DNA of 32,000 bases from Kiritimatiella glycovorans (GCF_001017655.1 NZ_CP010904.1:2160001-2192000), one strand, 5' to 3'; counted from the first letter of the stretch, positions 1-8,107 are shown. Notes: generated by a model from the letters alone, not told the origin. Program-made: numbers and translations.

Positions 1-2
1 CG

Positions 3-998
3 GAGTACATCGCCGACACCATCCGTACCGTCTACGACGTCGAAGTCCCCGTCCGTCACGGAAAGGGCTGCATCCGCAGGGTCAACATCAATGCGGCCCC
101 GATGTCGATCGACGACCTCAGGATGCTTCACGACGTCGGCATCGGCACGTTCCAGGTCTTCCAGGAAACCTATCACCACGACACCTACGCCTCGCTGCAC
201 CCCGCCGACACGATCAAGGGCGATTACCGCTGGCGGCTCTACTGCATGCACCGGGCCTTCGAGGCCGGCGTGGACGACGTCGGCATCGGCACACTGTTCG
301 GCCTGTACGACTGGCGTTTCGAGGTGATGGGGCTGCTGCAGCACGCCCGCGAGCTGGAGGATAAATTCAACATAGGACCGCACACCATCTCGTTTCCGCG
401 GCTCGAGCCGGCCGGCGGCTCGCCGTTGACCCGCCATCCGCGGCACCGCGTATCCGATGAGGATTTCCGCAGGCTGGTTACGGTGCTTCGGCTGGCGGTG
501 CCCTATACGGGACTCATCATCACCGCGCGCGAATCGGCGGAGCTGCGCGACGAGGTGCTGGTGCACGGCTGCACGCAGACCGATGCCTCGACGCGGATCG
601 GGATCGGCGCATACAGCGAGACGGACGAGGACCAGCACGAGGAACGCCAGCAGTTCATGCTGGGCGACACGCGCAGCCTCGAGGAACTGATCGTCGCGCT
701 GGCGGAAAAGGGGATCATCACCTCCTTCTGCACCGCAGGCTATCGCTGCGGCCGCACGGGCGAGTGCATCATGGACCTGCTGCGCACCGGACAGGAGGGC
801 AGGTTCTGCAAGCTCAACGCCGTACTCACTTTCCGCGAGTGGCTCGACGACTTCGCAAGCGAGGAGGCCCGCACACTCTGCGAACCCGTGGTTCAACAGG
901 AAATCGCGGAAATCCGCGAGCGAGTTCCGCAGGTGTACGAGAAGTTCATGGAGCACTACCACAGGACCGCGGCCGGCGCGCGGGATCTGTACTTCTAG
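3..998 (+). CDS. hydG: [FeFe]-hydrogenase maturase HydG (radical-SAM tyrosine lyase), C-terminal part; the 5' end lies outside the window
   Basis: Frame 3 is open from the window edge (EYIADTIRTVYDVEVPVRHGKGCIRRVNINAAPMSIDDL...) to the TAG at 996-998. It has a ThiH/HydG-like core and the C-terminal Cys motif FCTAGYRCGRTGECIMDL, which is typical of HydG and absent from ThiH. hydE follows after an 8-nt gap. Confidence 0.8.
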   Translation, partial: EYIADTIRTVYDVEVPVRHGKGCIRRVNINAAPMSIDDLRMLHDVGIGTFQVFQETYHHDTYASLHPADTIKGDYRWRLYCMHRAFEAGVDDVGIGTLFGLYDWRFEVMGLLQHARELEDKFNIGPHTISFPRLEPAGGSPLTRHPRHRVSDEDFRRLVTVLRLAVPYTGLIITARESAELRDEVLVHGCTQTDASTRIGIGAYSETDEDQHEERQQFMLGDTRSLEELIVALAEKGIITSFCTAGYRCGRTGECIMDLLRTGQEGRFCKLNAVLTFREWLDDFASEEARTLCEPVVQQEIAEIRERVPQVYEKFMEHYHRTAAGARDLYF

Positions 999-1006
999 GA
1001 TGCGGG

Positions 1007-2056
1007 ATGCATAGCGATAACTCCATGGATCGCCCCGCAATCGAGCAGCGGCTGCGTGAAACGCGCGCGGACCGGCTGGCCGATTTATGGCAGCGGGCCG
1101 ACGAAACACGACGCCGCGAAGTCGGCGACGAGGTCCATCTGCGCGGACTGGTCGAGATCTCGAACCACTGCACGCGCCGCTGCCGCTACTGCGGCATTCA
1201 TGCGGACAACCGCACCCTGCCGCGCTACCGGATGCGGGCGGAGGAGATTCTCGAAGCCGCGCAGCGAGCGGCCGAATTCAAATACGGCACCGTCGTCCTG
1301 CAGGCGGGCGAGGATCCCGCGCTGGACCGCCCCTTTATCGCGAACGTGATCCGCCGCCTGAAAGAGGACCTCGGACTCGCAGTGACCCTGAGCCTCGGCG
1401 AACGGAACGAAGGGGACCTGGCGGCCTGGCGCGAAGCGGGGGCCGATCGCTACCTGCTCCGGTTCGAGACCTCGCGCCGCGACCTCTTCGAGCGCATCCA
1501 CCCGCGAGGCCCGCACTCGGTCGACCGGTTCGAGCAGCTGGCCGTACTCCGGCGTCTGGGCTACGAGACCGGCAGCGGGGTCATGATCGGCATCCCGGGA
1601 CAAACCTTCGCCGACCTCGCCCGCAGTCTTGCCCGGTTCGCCGAACTGGACCTCGACATGATCGGCGTGGGACCCTTTATCGCGCACCCGGACACCGATC
1701 TGGGACGCGGGGCCGCGGACTGTCCGCCCGCGCCGGAGAGCGACCAGGTGCCCCCTTCGGAACGCATGGCCTACAAGGTGCTCGCCCTGACGCGCCTCGT
1801 CCGGCCCGATGCCAATATCCCGAGCACGACCGCCATCTCCACGCTCGATGAACACGGGCGCGAATTGGGCCTCGAGCGCGGCGCCAACGTGATCATGCCC
1901 AACCTGACCCCCATGCGCTACCGGCGGCTCTACGAGATCTATCCCGCCAAGTCCTGCCTCGCCGAAGACCCGGCCACCTTCGACGCGGAGCTCAAACGCC
2001 GGCTGCGCGCTATCGGCCGCGTCCCCGGCCGCGGACGCGGCGATCGGGTGCGGTAA
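1007..2056 (+). CDS. hydE: [FeFe]-hydrogenase maturase HydE (radical SAM, BioB-like)
   Basis: ATG at 1007. Radical-SAM motif CTRRCRYCG (CX3CX2C), VVLQAGEDP, and the C-terminal GANVIMPNLTPMRYRRLYEIYP signature typical of HydE. It lies directly downstream of hydG. The longer track ORF starting at 764 overlaps hydG and is Arg/Gly-rich, so that extension is rejected. Confidence 0.8.
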   Translation: MHSDNSMDRPAIEQRLRETRADRLADLWQRADETRRREVGDEVHLRGLVEISNHCTRRCRYCGIHADNRTLPRYRMRAEEILEAAQRAAEFKYGTVVLQAGEDPALDRPFIANVIRRLKEDLGLAVTLSLGERNEGDLAAWREAGADRYLLRFETSRRDLFERIHPRGPHSVDRFEQLAVLRRLGYETGSGVMIGIPGQTFADLARSLARFAELDLDMIGVGPFIAHPDTDLGRGAADCPPAPESDQVPPSERMAYKVLALTRLVRPDANIPSTTAISTLDEHGRELGLERGANVIMPNLTPMRYRRLYEIYPAKSCLAEDPATFDAELKRRLRAIGRVPGRGRGDRVR

Positions 2057-2086
2057 CCGGGCGGGGGAGGCTCGTTACGGGTGGCC

Positions 2087-2158
2087 GGTTGTCGGGTTGT
2101 TGGGTTGTTGAGTTGTTGAGTTGTTGGGTTTTGGGGTTTTGGGGTTGTTGGGTTGTTG
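2087..2158 (+). repeat. Nine tandem 8-nt units (GGTTGTCG, GGTTGTTG x2, AGTTGTTG x2, GGTTTTGG x2, GGTTGTTG x2) in the hydE-downstream intergenic region
   Basis: Read directly from the sequence; every unit boundary is in register. The tract is G/T-only on the plus strand and stands out against the flanking high-GC sequence. It contains GGGTTTTGGGGTTTTGGGGTTGTTGGG at 2126-2152. Confidence 0.9.
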
Positions 2159-2216
2159 AGCAAGCCCATTTGAAGTAAGCTTCCGGGCGATTTTGAATGG
2201 AACGGGGGCCTGAGCC

Positions 2217-2780
2217 ATGAGCGGACTTCTGATAGCGGGATTAACGGTGGGCGCGATCGCGGCGCTTTCGGGCGCATGGGCCCTGGCGCGTCCGGAGCAG
2301 ATGCTGGGCGCGCTCAAGGCCTTCCCGCGCGACGCGAAGGCGGCGGCCGTCCTGACCGCGGTCGACCTGGCCTGGGCCGCGATCGAGCTGAACAGGATGT
2401 ACCTGGGCACGTTCGACCGGTTCAAACCCGCGCTCTGGATTCTGACCCCCCTGCTGATCTTTCTGTGCATCAAATACATGGACGAGCTGCTCGCGGCCCG
2501 CGCGCTCGGCGGACTGCTGCTGCTCGTGGCTGCACCCATCCTCGACGCCGTACGCTGGTTCCCGACGGCCGCCGACCCCTCGCCCTGGCGGCTGGTGATG
2601 GCCGTTCTCGCCTACCTCTGGATCGCCTACGGGCTGCTGCTGCTCTGCGCCCCGTACTGGTTCCGCAAACACCTCGAATGGTGGACCTCCTTCGATCCGC
2701 GCCTGCGCGTCGGCGGCGCGCTCAAACTCCTGGCCGGCCTCGCCCTGATCGTACTGAGCCTTTGCTGCTACCGCGGATGA
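2217..2780 (+). CDS. Hypothetical integral membrane protein (187 aa, about 5-6 hydrophobic segments)
   Basis: ATG ORF with several long hydrophobic stretches (LLIAGLTVGAIAALSGAWAL, ALWILTPLLIFLCI, LGGLLLLVAAPIL, LVMAVLAYLWIAYGLLLLCAPYW, LKLLAGLALIVLSLCC). I recognise no family motif. It lies 21 nt upstream of larC. Confidence 0.5.
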   Translation: MSGLLIAGLTVGAIAALSGAWALARPEQMLGALKAFPRDAKAAAVLTAVDLAWAAIELNRMYLGTFDRFKPALWILTPLLIFLCIKYMDELLAARALGGLLLLVAAPILDAVRWFPTAADPSPWRLVMAVLAYLWIAYGLLLLCAPYWFRKHLEWWTSFDPRLRVGGALKLLAGLALIVLSLCCYRG

Positions 2781-2801
2781 CGGAAACCGGAGTGACGCTT
2801 T

Positions 2802-3983
2802 ATGAAATGGCTGCGATTCGATTCCACCGGCGGCGCGAGCGGCGACATGATCCTCGCCGCGCTGATCGATCTCGGCGCCGACGCCGGGCGCATGCAGGAG
2901 GCACTGCGCAGTTTTGCGCCGGATGCGTTTTCTATTGAGACTTCGGGGGAGCATCGCGGCGGATTCCGCGGACGGCGCGTCGAGGTCGTCGTGCCCGACG
3001 AACATCACGCCCACCGGCATCTGCGCCATATCCGCGAAGCAGCCGAAGGGAGCGATCTCCCGGCGCCGGTGCGCGAAATGACGCTGAAGGTCTTCGGAAC
3101 GCTGGCGGAGGCGGAAGCGAAGGTGCACGGCACCACGCCGGAAAAAATCCATTTCCATGAAGTGGGCGCGGTGGACGCGATGGTCGACATCGCGGGCGCC
3201 TGCTGGGCGCTGCACGAACTCGGCGTCGAAGCCGTAAGCGCAGCGCCGCTCCCGCTGGGCTGCGGCACGATCGAATGCGCCCACGGCACGATGCCCTGTC
3301 CCGCACCGGCCACGGTCGAACTGCTGCAGGGCATGGCGACGGTCGCCACGGAAGAACCCCACGAACTGGTGACCCCCACGGGCGCCGCGCTGCTGAAGAC
3401 CTGGACGAAGTCGATGCCCGCCCCGGCCGGGGGCCGGGCGCTGCGCTCGGGATACGGGTTCGGATCGCGGGCGCTGGAAAACCGTCCCAACCTCCTGCGC
3501 GCCACGCTCCTGGAGGGTTCGGCCGATTCCGGCCGCCCCGACACCTGCCTGGTCCTGGAGAGCACTCTCGACGACCTGACCCCGGAATTGACCGCCGTGC
3601 TCTGCGACCGGCTTCGCGATGAGGCGCTGGACGTGTTCTGCACCCCGGTCCAGATGAAACGCGGCCGGCCCGGTGTGAACGTGACGGTGATCTGTCGCCC
3701 AGAAGACCGCGCAGCCTGCGTGGGACTTCTGTTCCGTCACTCCACGACGTTCGGGGTGAGAGAGACCGAGGCGAAACGGCATGTACTGGAACGCGAGCGC
3801 CGCGAGGCGGAGACCCCCTACGGCAGGATCGCCATCAAAATCGGACGACGCGGCGACGAGATCTGTTCATGCACCCCCGAACTGAAGGACTGCGAAATGA
3901 GGGCGGCCGAACACGACGTCCCGGTCCGCACGGTCTACGAGGCCGCCTCGGCCGCGGCGCGGGAGTTGGCCGATGACGGCTGA
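2802..3983 (+). CDS. larC: LarC-family nickel-insertion protein (DUF111; NPN-cofactor nickel cyclometallase-like)
   Basis: The N-terminus MKWLRFDSTGGASGDMILAALIDLGAD and the HFHEVGAVDAMVDIAG / TPTGAALL motifs are characteristic of LarC/DUF111. It is a single uninterrupted 393-aa ORF. Confidence 0.85.
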   Translation: MKWLRFDSTGGASGDMILAALIDLGADAGRMQEALRSFAPDAFSIETSGEHRGGFRGRRVEVVVPDEHHAHRHLRHIREAAEGSDLPAPVREMTLKVFGTLAEAEAKVHGTTPEKIHFHEVGAVDAMVDIAGACWALHELGVEAVSAAPLPLGCGTIECAHGTMPCPAPATVELLQGMATVATEEPHELVTPTGAALLKTWTKSMPAPAGGRALRSGYGFGSRALENRPNLLRATLLEGSADSGRPDTCLVLESTLDDLTPELTAVLCDRLRDEALDVFCTPVQMKRGRPGVNVTVICRPEDRAACVGLLFRHSTTFGVRETEAKRHVLERERREAETPYGRIAIKIGRRGDEICSCTPELKDCEMRAAEHDVPVRTVYEAASAAARELADDG

Positions 3984-4767
3984 GGGCCTCGATGCACTGC
4001 GCGGTCACTTTCTGGCCTATGTCCGCGATCAGCGCTCCGCGGCGACTGCAGAACGCCAGCCGCTGCACGAGCTGAAGGAACAGCATTCGTGCAGGGTGGC
4101 GGCCCACGCCCGTCGCATCGCGGAACGCGAGGGCTGGGCGGAACGAAACTGCACGATCGGAGAGGCGGCCGGCTGGTTGCACGACACGGGCCGCTTCGAT
4201 CAGATCAACCGCTACGGGACGTTCAGGGACAAGGAATCGGTCAATCACGGGGAACACGGCTTTCGCGTGTTGAGTGAACTCGCCTGGTTTACAAACTGCG
4301 CGGGCGGCAACGGGCTGCGCGCGCTGCTGCTCGATGCGGTGCGCTATCACAACCGCCGCGAGATTCCCGCGCACGTGCCGGACGGCCACCGTCCGATCCT
4401 TCATCTCGTCCGCGACGCCGACAAGCTCGACAACTTCGGCGTGCATTATCGGGCGATCACCTCGGGCGAAGCCGACCGCTATCCCGAGCTCCTGCTCCAT
4501 GCGGGTCCGGGGCATCCCCCCACTCCGGAAGCGCTCGAGGCACTGCTGCGCCGCGAGACCGTGGATTACGGCCACGTGCATTCACGCACGGACATGGTCC
4601 TGCTGCATCTCTCCTGGCTCTACGATCTTCACTATCCGTCTTCGCTCCGTCATGCGCGCGAAGAGGGGGTCGTGGACCGGGTCCGGGCGCTGCTGCCCGA
4701 CGACCCCGATATCGAAGAAGCGATCCGCGAAGCGGAACGCTTTCTGGATGAGACGCTATCGCAGTAA
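3973..4767 (+). CDS. HD-domain metal-dependent phosphohydrolase
   Basis: HD signature elements H..(SCRVAAH), LHDTGRF, NHGEHG and RDADKLD. The ATG at 3973 overlaps the larC stop by 11 nt. Confidence 0.7.
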   Translation: MTAEGLDALRGHFLAYVRDQRSAATAERQPLHELKEQHSCRVAAHARRIAEREGWAERNCTIGEAAGWLHDTGRFDQINRYGTFRDKESVNHGEHGFRVLSELAWFTNCAGGNGLRALLLDAVRYHNRREIPAHVPDGHRPILHLVRDADKLDNFGVHYRAITSGEADRYPELLLHAGPGHPPTPEALEALLRRETVDYGHVHSRTDMVLLHLSWLYDLHYPSSLRHAREEGVVDRVRALLPDDPDIEEAIREAERFLDETLSQ

Positions 4768-5499
4768 GGTCTGCACGCGCTGCGCTTCGGTCGGCGCATA
4801 TCCGTGAGCGTCGTTGTTGAAAAAGATGTACACCTCTTCCGCTCCGCGATCCGCGTAATCACGAGCCAGTTCCGCGATCTCCTTCAACTCCTTTTCCTCG
4901 TACTTGTCGTCGTACCAGCTCCGTCTCCCGTGCAGTCGGACGTATCCCTTCCCGCCGGTGAGCAGGCCTGAGGGCCGCATGTCGGGTGAATCGACGGAGC
5001 AGGACACAGCCCCGGCCTCATCGAGCCGTTGTGTAATCTCGTCGCGCATCCAGCGTTCGTGGCGGAATTCGACACAGATCCTTCCGGGCATGTCGAACCG
5101 TTCGAGCACGTGCCCCAGCCGGTCGGGCTCATAGGGCATTTTCGGGGGAAGCTGAAGCAGGATGAGACCGAGCCGGTCGCCCAGGATATGAACGGACCGC
5201 CGGAATTCATCGATCAGGTCATCGCAATCCCTGAGATATTTCCGATGCGTGATCAGGCGCGGAGCCTTCATTACGTAGGCAAAACCTTCGGGTACCCGGT
5301 CACGCCATTTCTCATAGGTCGAATCCCTGAAGCGGCGGTAAAACGTGGCGTTGACCTCCACCGCATTGAAAACCGAGGCGTAGAACTCGAAGCGCCGGCT
5401 TTTGGGAAGATCATCGGGATAGAAGATCCCCTGCCAGTGGTCATACGTCCATCCGGAGGTTCCGACGAACCAGTTGGCGCCTTTATTCCTGCGCGGCAT
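4756..5499 (-). CDS. DUF72 (YecE/UPF0759) family protein
   Basis: N-terminus FVGTSGWTYDHWQGIFYP, then FYASVFNAVEVNATFYR, LLQLPP and VEFRHERW, the typical DUF72 pattern. Its 3' end overlaps the HD gene convergently by 12 nt. Confidence 0.8.
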   Translation of the reverse strand: MPRRNKGANWFVGTSGWTYDHWQGIFYPDDLPKSRRFEFYASVFNAVEVNATFYRRFRDSTYEKWRDRVPEGFAYVMKAPRLITHRKYLRDCDDLIDEFRRSVHILGDRLGLILLQLPPKMPYEPDRLGHVLERFDMPGRICVEFRHERWMRDEITQRLDEAGAVSCSVDSPDMRPSGLLTGGKGYVRLHGRRSWYDDKYEEKELKEIAELARDYADRGAEEVYIFFNNDAHGYAPTEAQRVQTLLR

Positions 5500-5503
5500 G
5501 GCG

Positions 5504-5542
5504 AAAAAAAACGGGAGGATCCGGCCCAGCCGTCCCCTCCCG
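5504..5542 (-). terminator. Rho-independent terminator downstream of the ferredoxin gene
   Basis: On the minus strand: CGGGAGG (inner CGGC..GCCG) CCTCCCG stem followed by TTTTTTTT (A-run 5504-5511 on the plus strand). It lies 20 nt after the ferredoxin stop. Confidence 0.55.
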
Positions 5543-5562
5543 CTCTCCGTTTGATCCGAAAT

Positions 5563-5754
5563 TTACTCTTCGATCGAAATGGCTTCGACCGGGCAGCTCT
5601 CCGCCGCTTCGCGGCAGGTATCCTCGGCTTCCGCCGGGACCTCATCCACCTTGACCTCGGCGACGTCGCTGGTCAGCTCAAAAACCTCCGGGCACATATC
5701 CGGGCAGAGCCCGCAACCCGTGCACAAATCGGCATCCACTTTGGCCTTCATCAT
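5563..5754 (-). CDS. Small single-cluster ferredoxin (63 aa)
   Basis: CTGCGLCPDMCP plus a distal C..ESCP, as in small [4Fe-4S]/[3Fe-4S] ferredoxins. AGGAGGAG Shine-Dalgarno upstream. The start is ATG 5754 or ATG 5751; the second has better spacing. Confidence 0.8.
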   Translation of the reverse strand: MMKAKVDADLCTGCGLCPDMCPEVFELTSDVAEVKVDEVPAEAEDTCREAAESCPVEAISIEE

Positions 5755-5889
5755 ACTCCTCCTTTTTCTGGGTGTCCCCTCTCGGGCCTGAAAGCCTCAA
5801 ACACAATACACCGTCATAGTAACAATGCCCGAGCAGACGCGACAATCCAAAAACCCGTCTTCCATGCTCACCCAATAAACGCGCGAGGA

Positions 5890-5918
5890 TTGCAAAAACC
5901 GGCTCGCTCAGGCATAAT
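5890..5918 (+). promoter_or_regulatory. Candidate sigma70-type promoter for the NAPRTase-like/radical-SAM pair
   Basis: TTGCAA (5890-5895), a 17-nt spacer, then CATAAT (5913-5918), about 40 nt upstream of ATG 5958. It sits in a visibly less GC-rich divergent intergenic region. Confidence 0.35.
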
Positions 5919-5957
5919 CGTCGTCAATCAACAACCCACGCACGATCCTCCCCCGCC

Positions 5958-7187
5958 ATGCCACCAACAGGTCAAAACGGAAAACAACGCCTGCCCAGTC
6001 ACATCTTCGATCTCCCTGTTCAGGAGATCCGCCGGGGCTATCGCAGCGACATCTACTTCTGGCGCGAAAAACGCGCGCTGGAGGAGCACGGGATGCATCC
6101 CGAAGTGACCCTGCAGGTCTTTCAGAAGAAGGATGCCATCCTCTGCGGCATCGACGAGGCCATCGCCGTGCTCAAACTCGGAAGCGGGACCTACAGGGAC
6201 TTCGACCAAGCCTGCAAGCTGTTCGACCGCTACCTGGAGCTCAAACACGAGGCGCGTAAACATTTTCTCACCGACCGGGAAAAATACATGGCGACCGTGC
6301 GCGAGAAGACGGAGATTTCGGCCCGGCTGGATGATTTGTGGACACCGCATTACGAGGATCTGGTGCTCGAGGCTCTCCACGACGGCGACAGGATCGCTCC
6401 CTGGGAAACGGTGATGCATATCACGGGCGACGCGAGCCTGTTCGCGCACCTCGAAACCGTATACCTCGGGGTACTCGCGCGGCGGACCCGCATCGCGACG
6501 AACGTCCGCCGCACCGTGGACGCCGCGGGCGACAAGGTCGTGCTCTTTTTCCCGGCGCGGTTCGACCACTGGGCGGTACAGGGCGGCGACGGCTATGCGG
6601 CCCATATCGGCGGGGCCGGCGGCGTGTCCACCGACGCGCAGGGGGAGTGGTGGGGCGAAAGCGCCAAGGGCACGGTTCCCCATGCGCTGATCGCGGCCGT
6701 GGGAGGCGACACCGTTCAGGCCGTGAAACTCTTCGACGATTCTTTCCCGGACGTGAACCTCGTCGCGCTGGTGGACTTCGACAACGACTGCGTCGGCACC
6801 TCGCTCCAGTGCTGCGAGGCGCTGGGCGACCGCCTCTGGGGCGTCCGGCTGGACACGGCCGGAACCATGGTGGACCGGTCCATGATCCCGCGGATGGGCG
6901 AGGAACCCCCGACCGGCGTGACGCCTCAGCTCGTGGAAAGCACCCGCAGGGAGCTGGACCGGCACGGATACGAGCACGTCCGGATCATCGTCTCCGGCGG
7001 CTTCCACCCCGACCGCATCCGAATGTTCGAGGACATGGCTGTCCCGGTGGATGCCTACGGGGTCGGCAGTTCGCTTATGCGCGGTCACTGGGACTTCACG
7101 GCCGACGTGGTCCTGCGCGAAGGCGAGCCTTGCGCCAAGCAGGGCCGCACATATCATCCTAACGCACGGATGGAGCGTGTAATGTGA
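5958..7187 (+). CDS. Type II phosphoribosyltransferase, archaeal-type nicotinate phosphoribosyltransferase-like
   Basis: 409 aa. Motifs GTVPHALIAAVGGD, GVRLDTAG and IIVSGGF resemble the NAPRTase/QAPRTase barrel motifs (H..I, R.D(T/S), SGG). The substrate cannot be assigned from sequence alone. Confidence 0.6.
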   Translation: MPPTGQNGKQRLPSHIFDLPVQEIRRGYRSDIYFWREKRALEEHGMHPEVTLQVFQKKDAILCGIDEAIAVLKLGSGTYRDFDQACKLFDRYLELKHEARKHFLTDREKYMATVREKTEISARLDDLWTPHYEDLVLEALHDGDRIAPWETVMHITGDASLFAHLETVYLGVLARRTRIATNVRRTVDAAGDKVVLFFPARFDHWAVQGGDGYAAHIGGAGGVSTDAQGEWWGESAKGTVPHALIAAVGGDTVQAVKLFDDSFPDVNLVALVDFDNDCVGTSLQCCEALGDRLWGVRLDTAGTMVDRSMIPRMGEEPPTGVTPQLVESTRRELDRHGYEHVRIIVSGGFHPDRIRMFEDMAVPVDAYGVGSSLMRGHWDFTADVVLREGEPCAKQGRTYHPNARMERVM

Positions 7188-8107
7188 ACGATTCCTGTCG
7201 CTATCTTTTCGGACCGGTGGTGTCGCGGCGGCTGGGCCGCTCGCTGGGCGTGGACCTCATTCCCGCCAAGACCTGTTCGATCAGCTGCATCTTCTGTCAG
7301 CTCGGCCCCACGCGGAATCCCACCCTCGAACGGCGTGAATATGTGCCCACCGAGCAGGTCATCGCGGAACTCAGGGCCTGGATCCGGGCGGGAGGCGAGA
7401 CGGACTTTATCACGCTGGCCGGATCGGGCGAACCGACGCTTCACCTGCACTTCGACCGCGTCCTTAAATTCCTCGAACCGCATCCCTTCCGCACGGCGCT
7501 GCTGAGCAACGGCACCCTGTTTACGGATCCCGCCGTGCGGCGCGGCGCGGCTCATGCCGACGTGGTCAAGCTCTCGCTCAGCGCATGGGACCGCACATCG
7601 TTCGAACGCATCCACCACCCCCACCCCGACCTCGACTTCGAACCTATGATGAAGGGTTACCGGGATTTCCGGAGCCTTTACCGGGGCGCACTATGGCTTG
7701 AAGTCTTCGTCGTACCGGGACTCAACAGCGGCGAGGAGCAGGTGAAGCGCATCGCCGCCCGGGCGAAGGAGATCCGTCCCGACCGGGTACAGCTCAACAC
7801 GGCGGTTCGTCCGGCCGCAGAGGCGGGCGTTCGTGCCGCGTCGCCTGACAAGCTCCAGCGACTCGCCGCGCTGTTCGATCCGCCGGCGGAGATTGCCGCG
7901 CCCCGGGCCCACGGCGGCACGGTCTCGCTGCCGCTGAGCGCGCAGACGCTGACCGGCATCCTGCAGCGCCATCCCGCGACGGCCGCACAGCTCGCGGAGA
8001 TGATCGGTCATCCCGAAGAGGCCGTGCGGGAGCTGCTCGAGGACATGGTGCGCGCGGGCCGCTGCCACACCCGGGAACAGAAGGACGAGACCTTCTTCAC
8101 GCGCTGA
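7184..8107 (+). CDS. Radical-SAM protein (COG0731-like, function unknown)
   Basis: GTG start overlapping the upstream stop (GTGA). N-terminus YLFGPVVSRRLGRSLGVDLIPAKTCSISCIFCQLG carries the CX3CX2C cluster motif, followed by a GSGEPTL SAM-binding motif. No SPASM or other C-terminal Cys cluster. Confidence 0.75.
   Translation: MNDSCRYLFGPVVSRRLGRSLGVDLIPAKTCSISCIFCQLGPTRNPTLERREYVPTEQVIAELRAWIRAGGETDFITLAGSGEPTLHLHFDRVLKFLEPHPFRTALLSNGTLFTDPAVRRGAAHADVVKLSLSAWDRTSFERIHHPHPDLDFEPMMKGYRDFRSLYRGALWLEVFVVPGLNSGEEQVKRIAARAKEIRPDRVQLNTAVRPAAEAGVRAASPDKLQRLAALFDPPAEIAAPRAHGGTVSLPLSAQTLTGILQRHPATAAQLAEMIGHPEEAVRELLEDMVRAGRCHTREQKDETFFTR

Noticed and set aside
764-1006. N-terminal extension of the hydE track ORF; likewise 11580-12185 (xylB), 13019-13753 (tolB), 28176-28415 (MscS), 30857-30955 (SIMPL) and 17625..18251 beyond 18161
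   Set aside because: The extensions overlap the preceding gene, are Arg/Pro-rich, and lie upstream of internal ATGs that have good Shine-Dalgarno sequences and begin with recognisable N-termini or signal peptides.
2241-3782. 513-aa minus-strand ORF antisense to the membrane protein and larC
   Set aside because: This is a typical high-GC shadow ORF. Its translation is Arg/Gly/Ala/Pro-rich with no motifs, while the plus strand encodes a clear LarC. The same reasoning rejects 2075..2539(-), 2276..2938(+), 3005..3643(-) and 3835..4581(-).
5029-7157. Long ORFs 5029..6108(+), 5928..7157(-) and 6338..7162(+) overlapping the DUF72 and NAPRTase-like genes
   Set aside because: These are shadow frames of recognisable genes on the other strand or frame. 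They have low-complexity Arg/Pro/Gly composition and no start context.
8097-8107. Convergent 3'-end overlaps (radical SAM/RTPR 11 nt; HD/DUF72 at 4756-4767, 12 nt)
   Set aside because: Short convergent overlaps are common in compact high-GC genomes. Nothing suggests a functional antisense arrangement beyond the lack of terminators.
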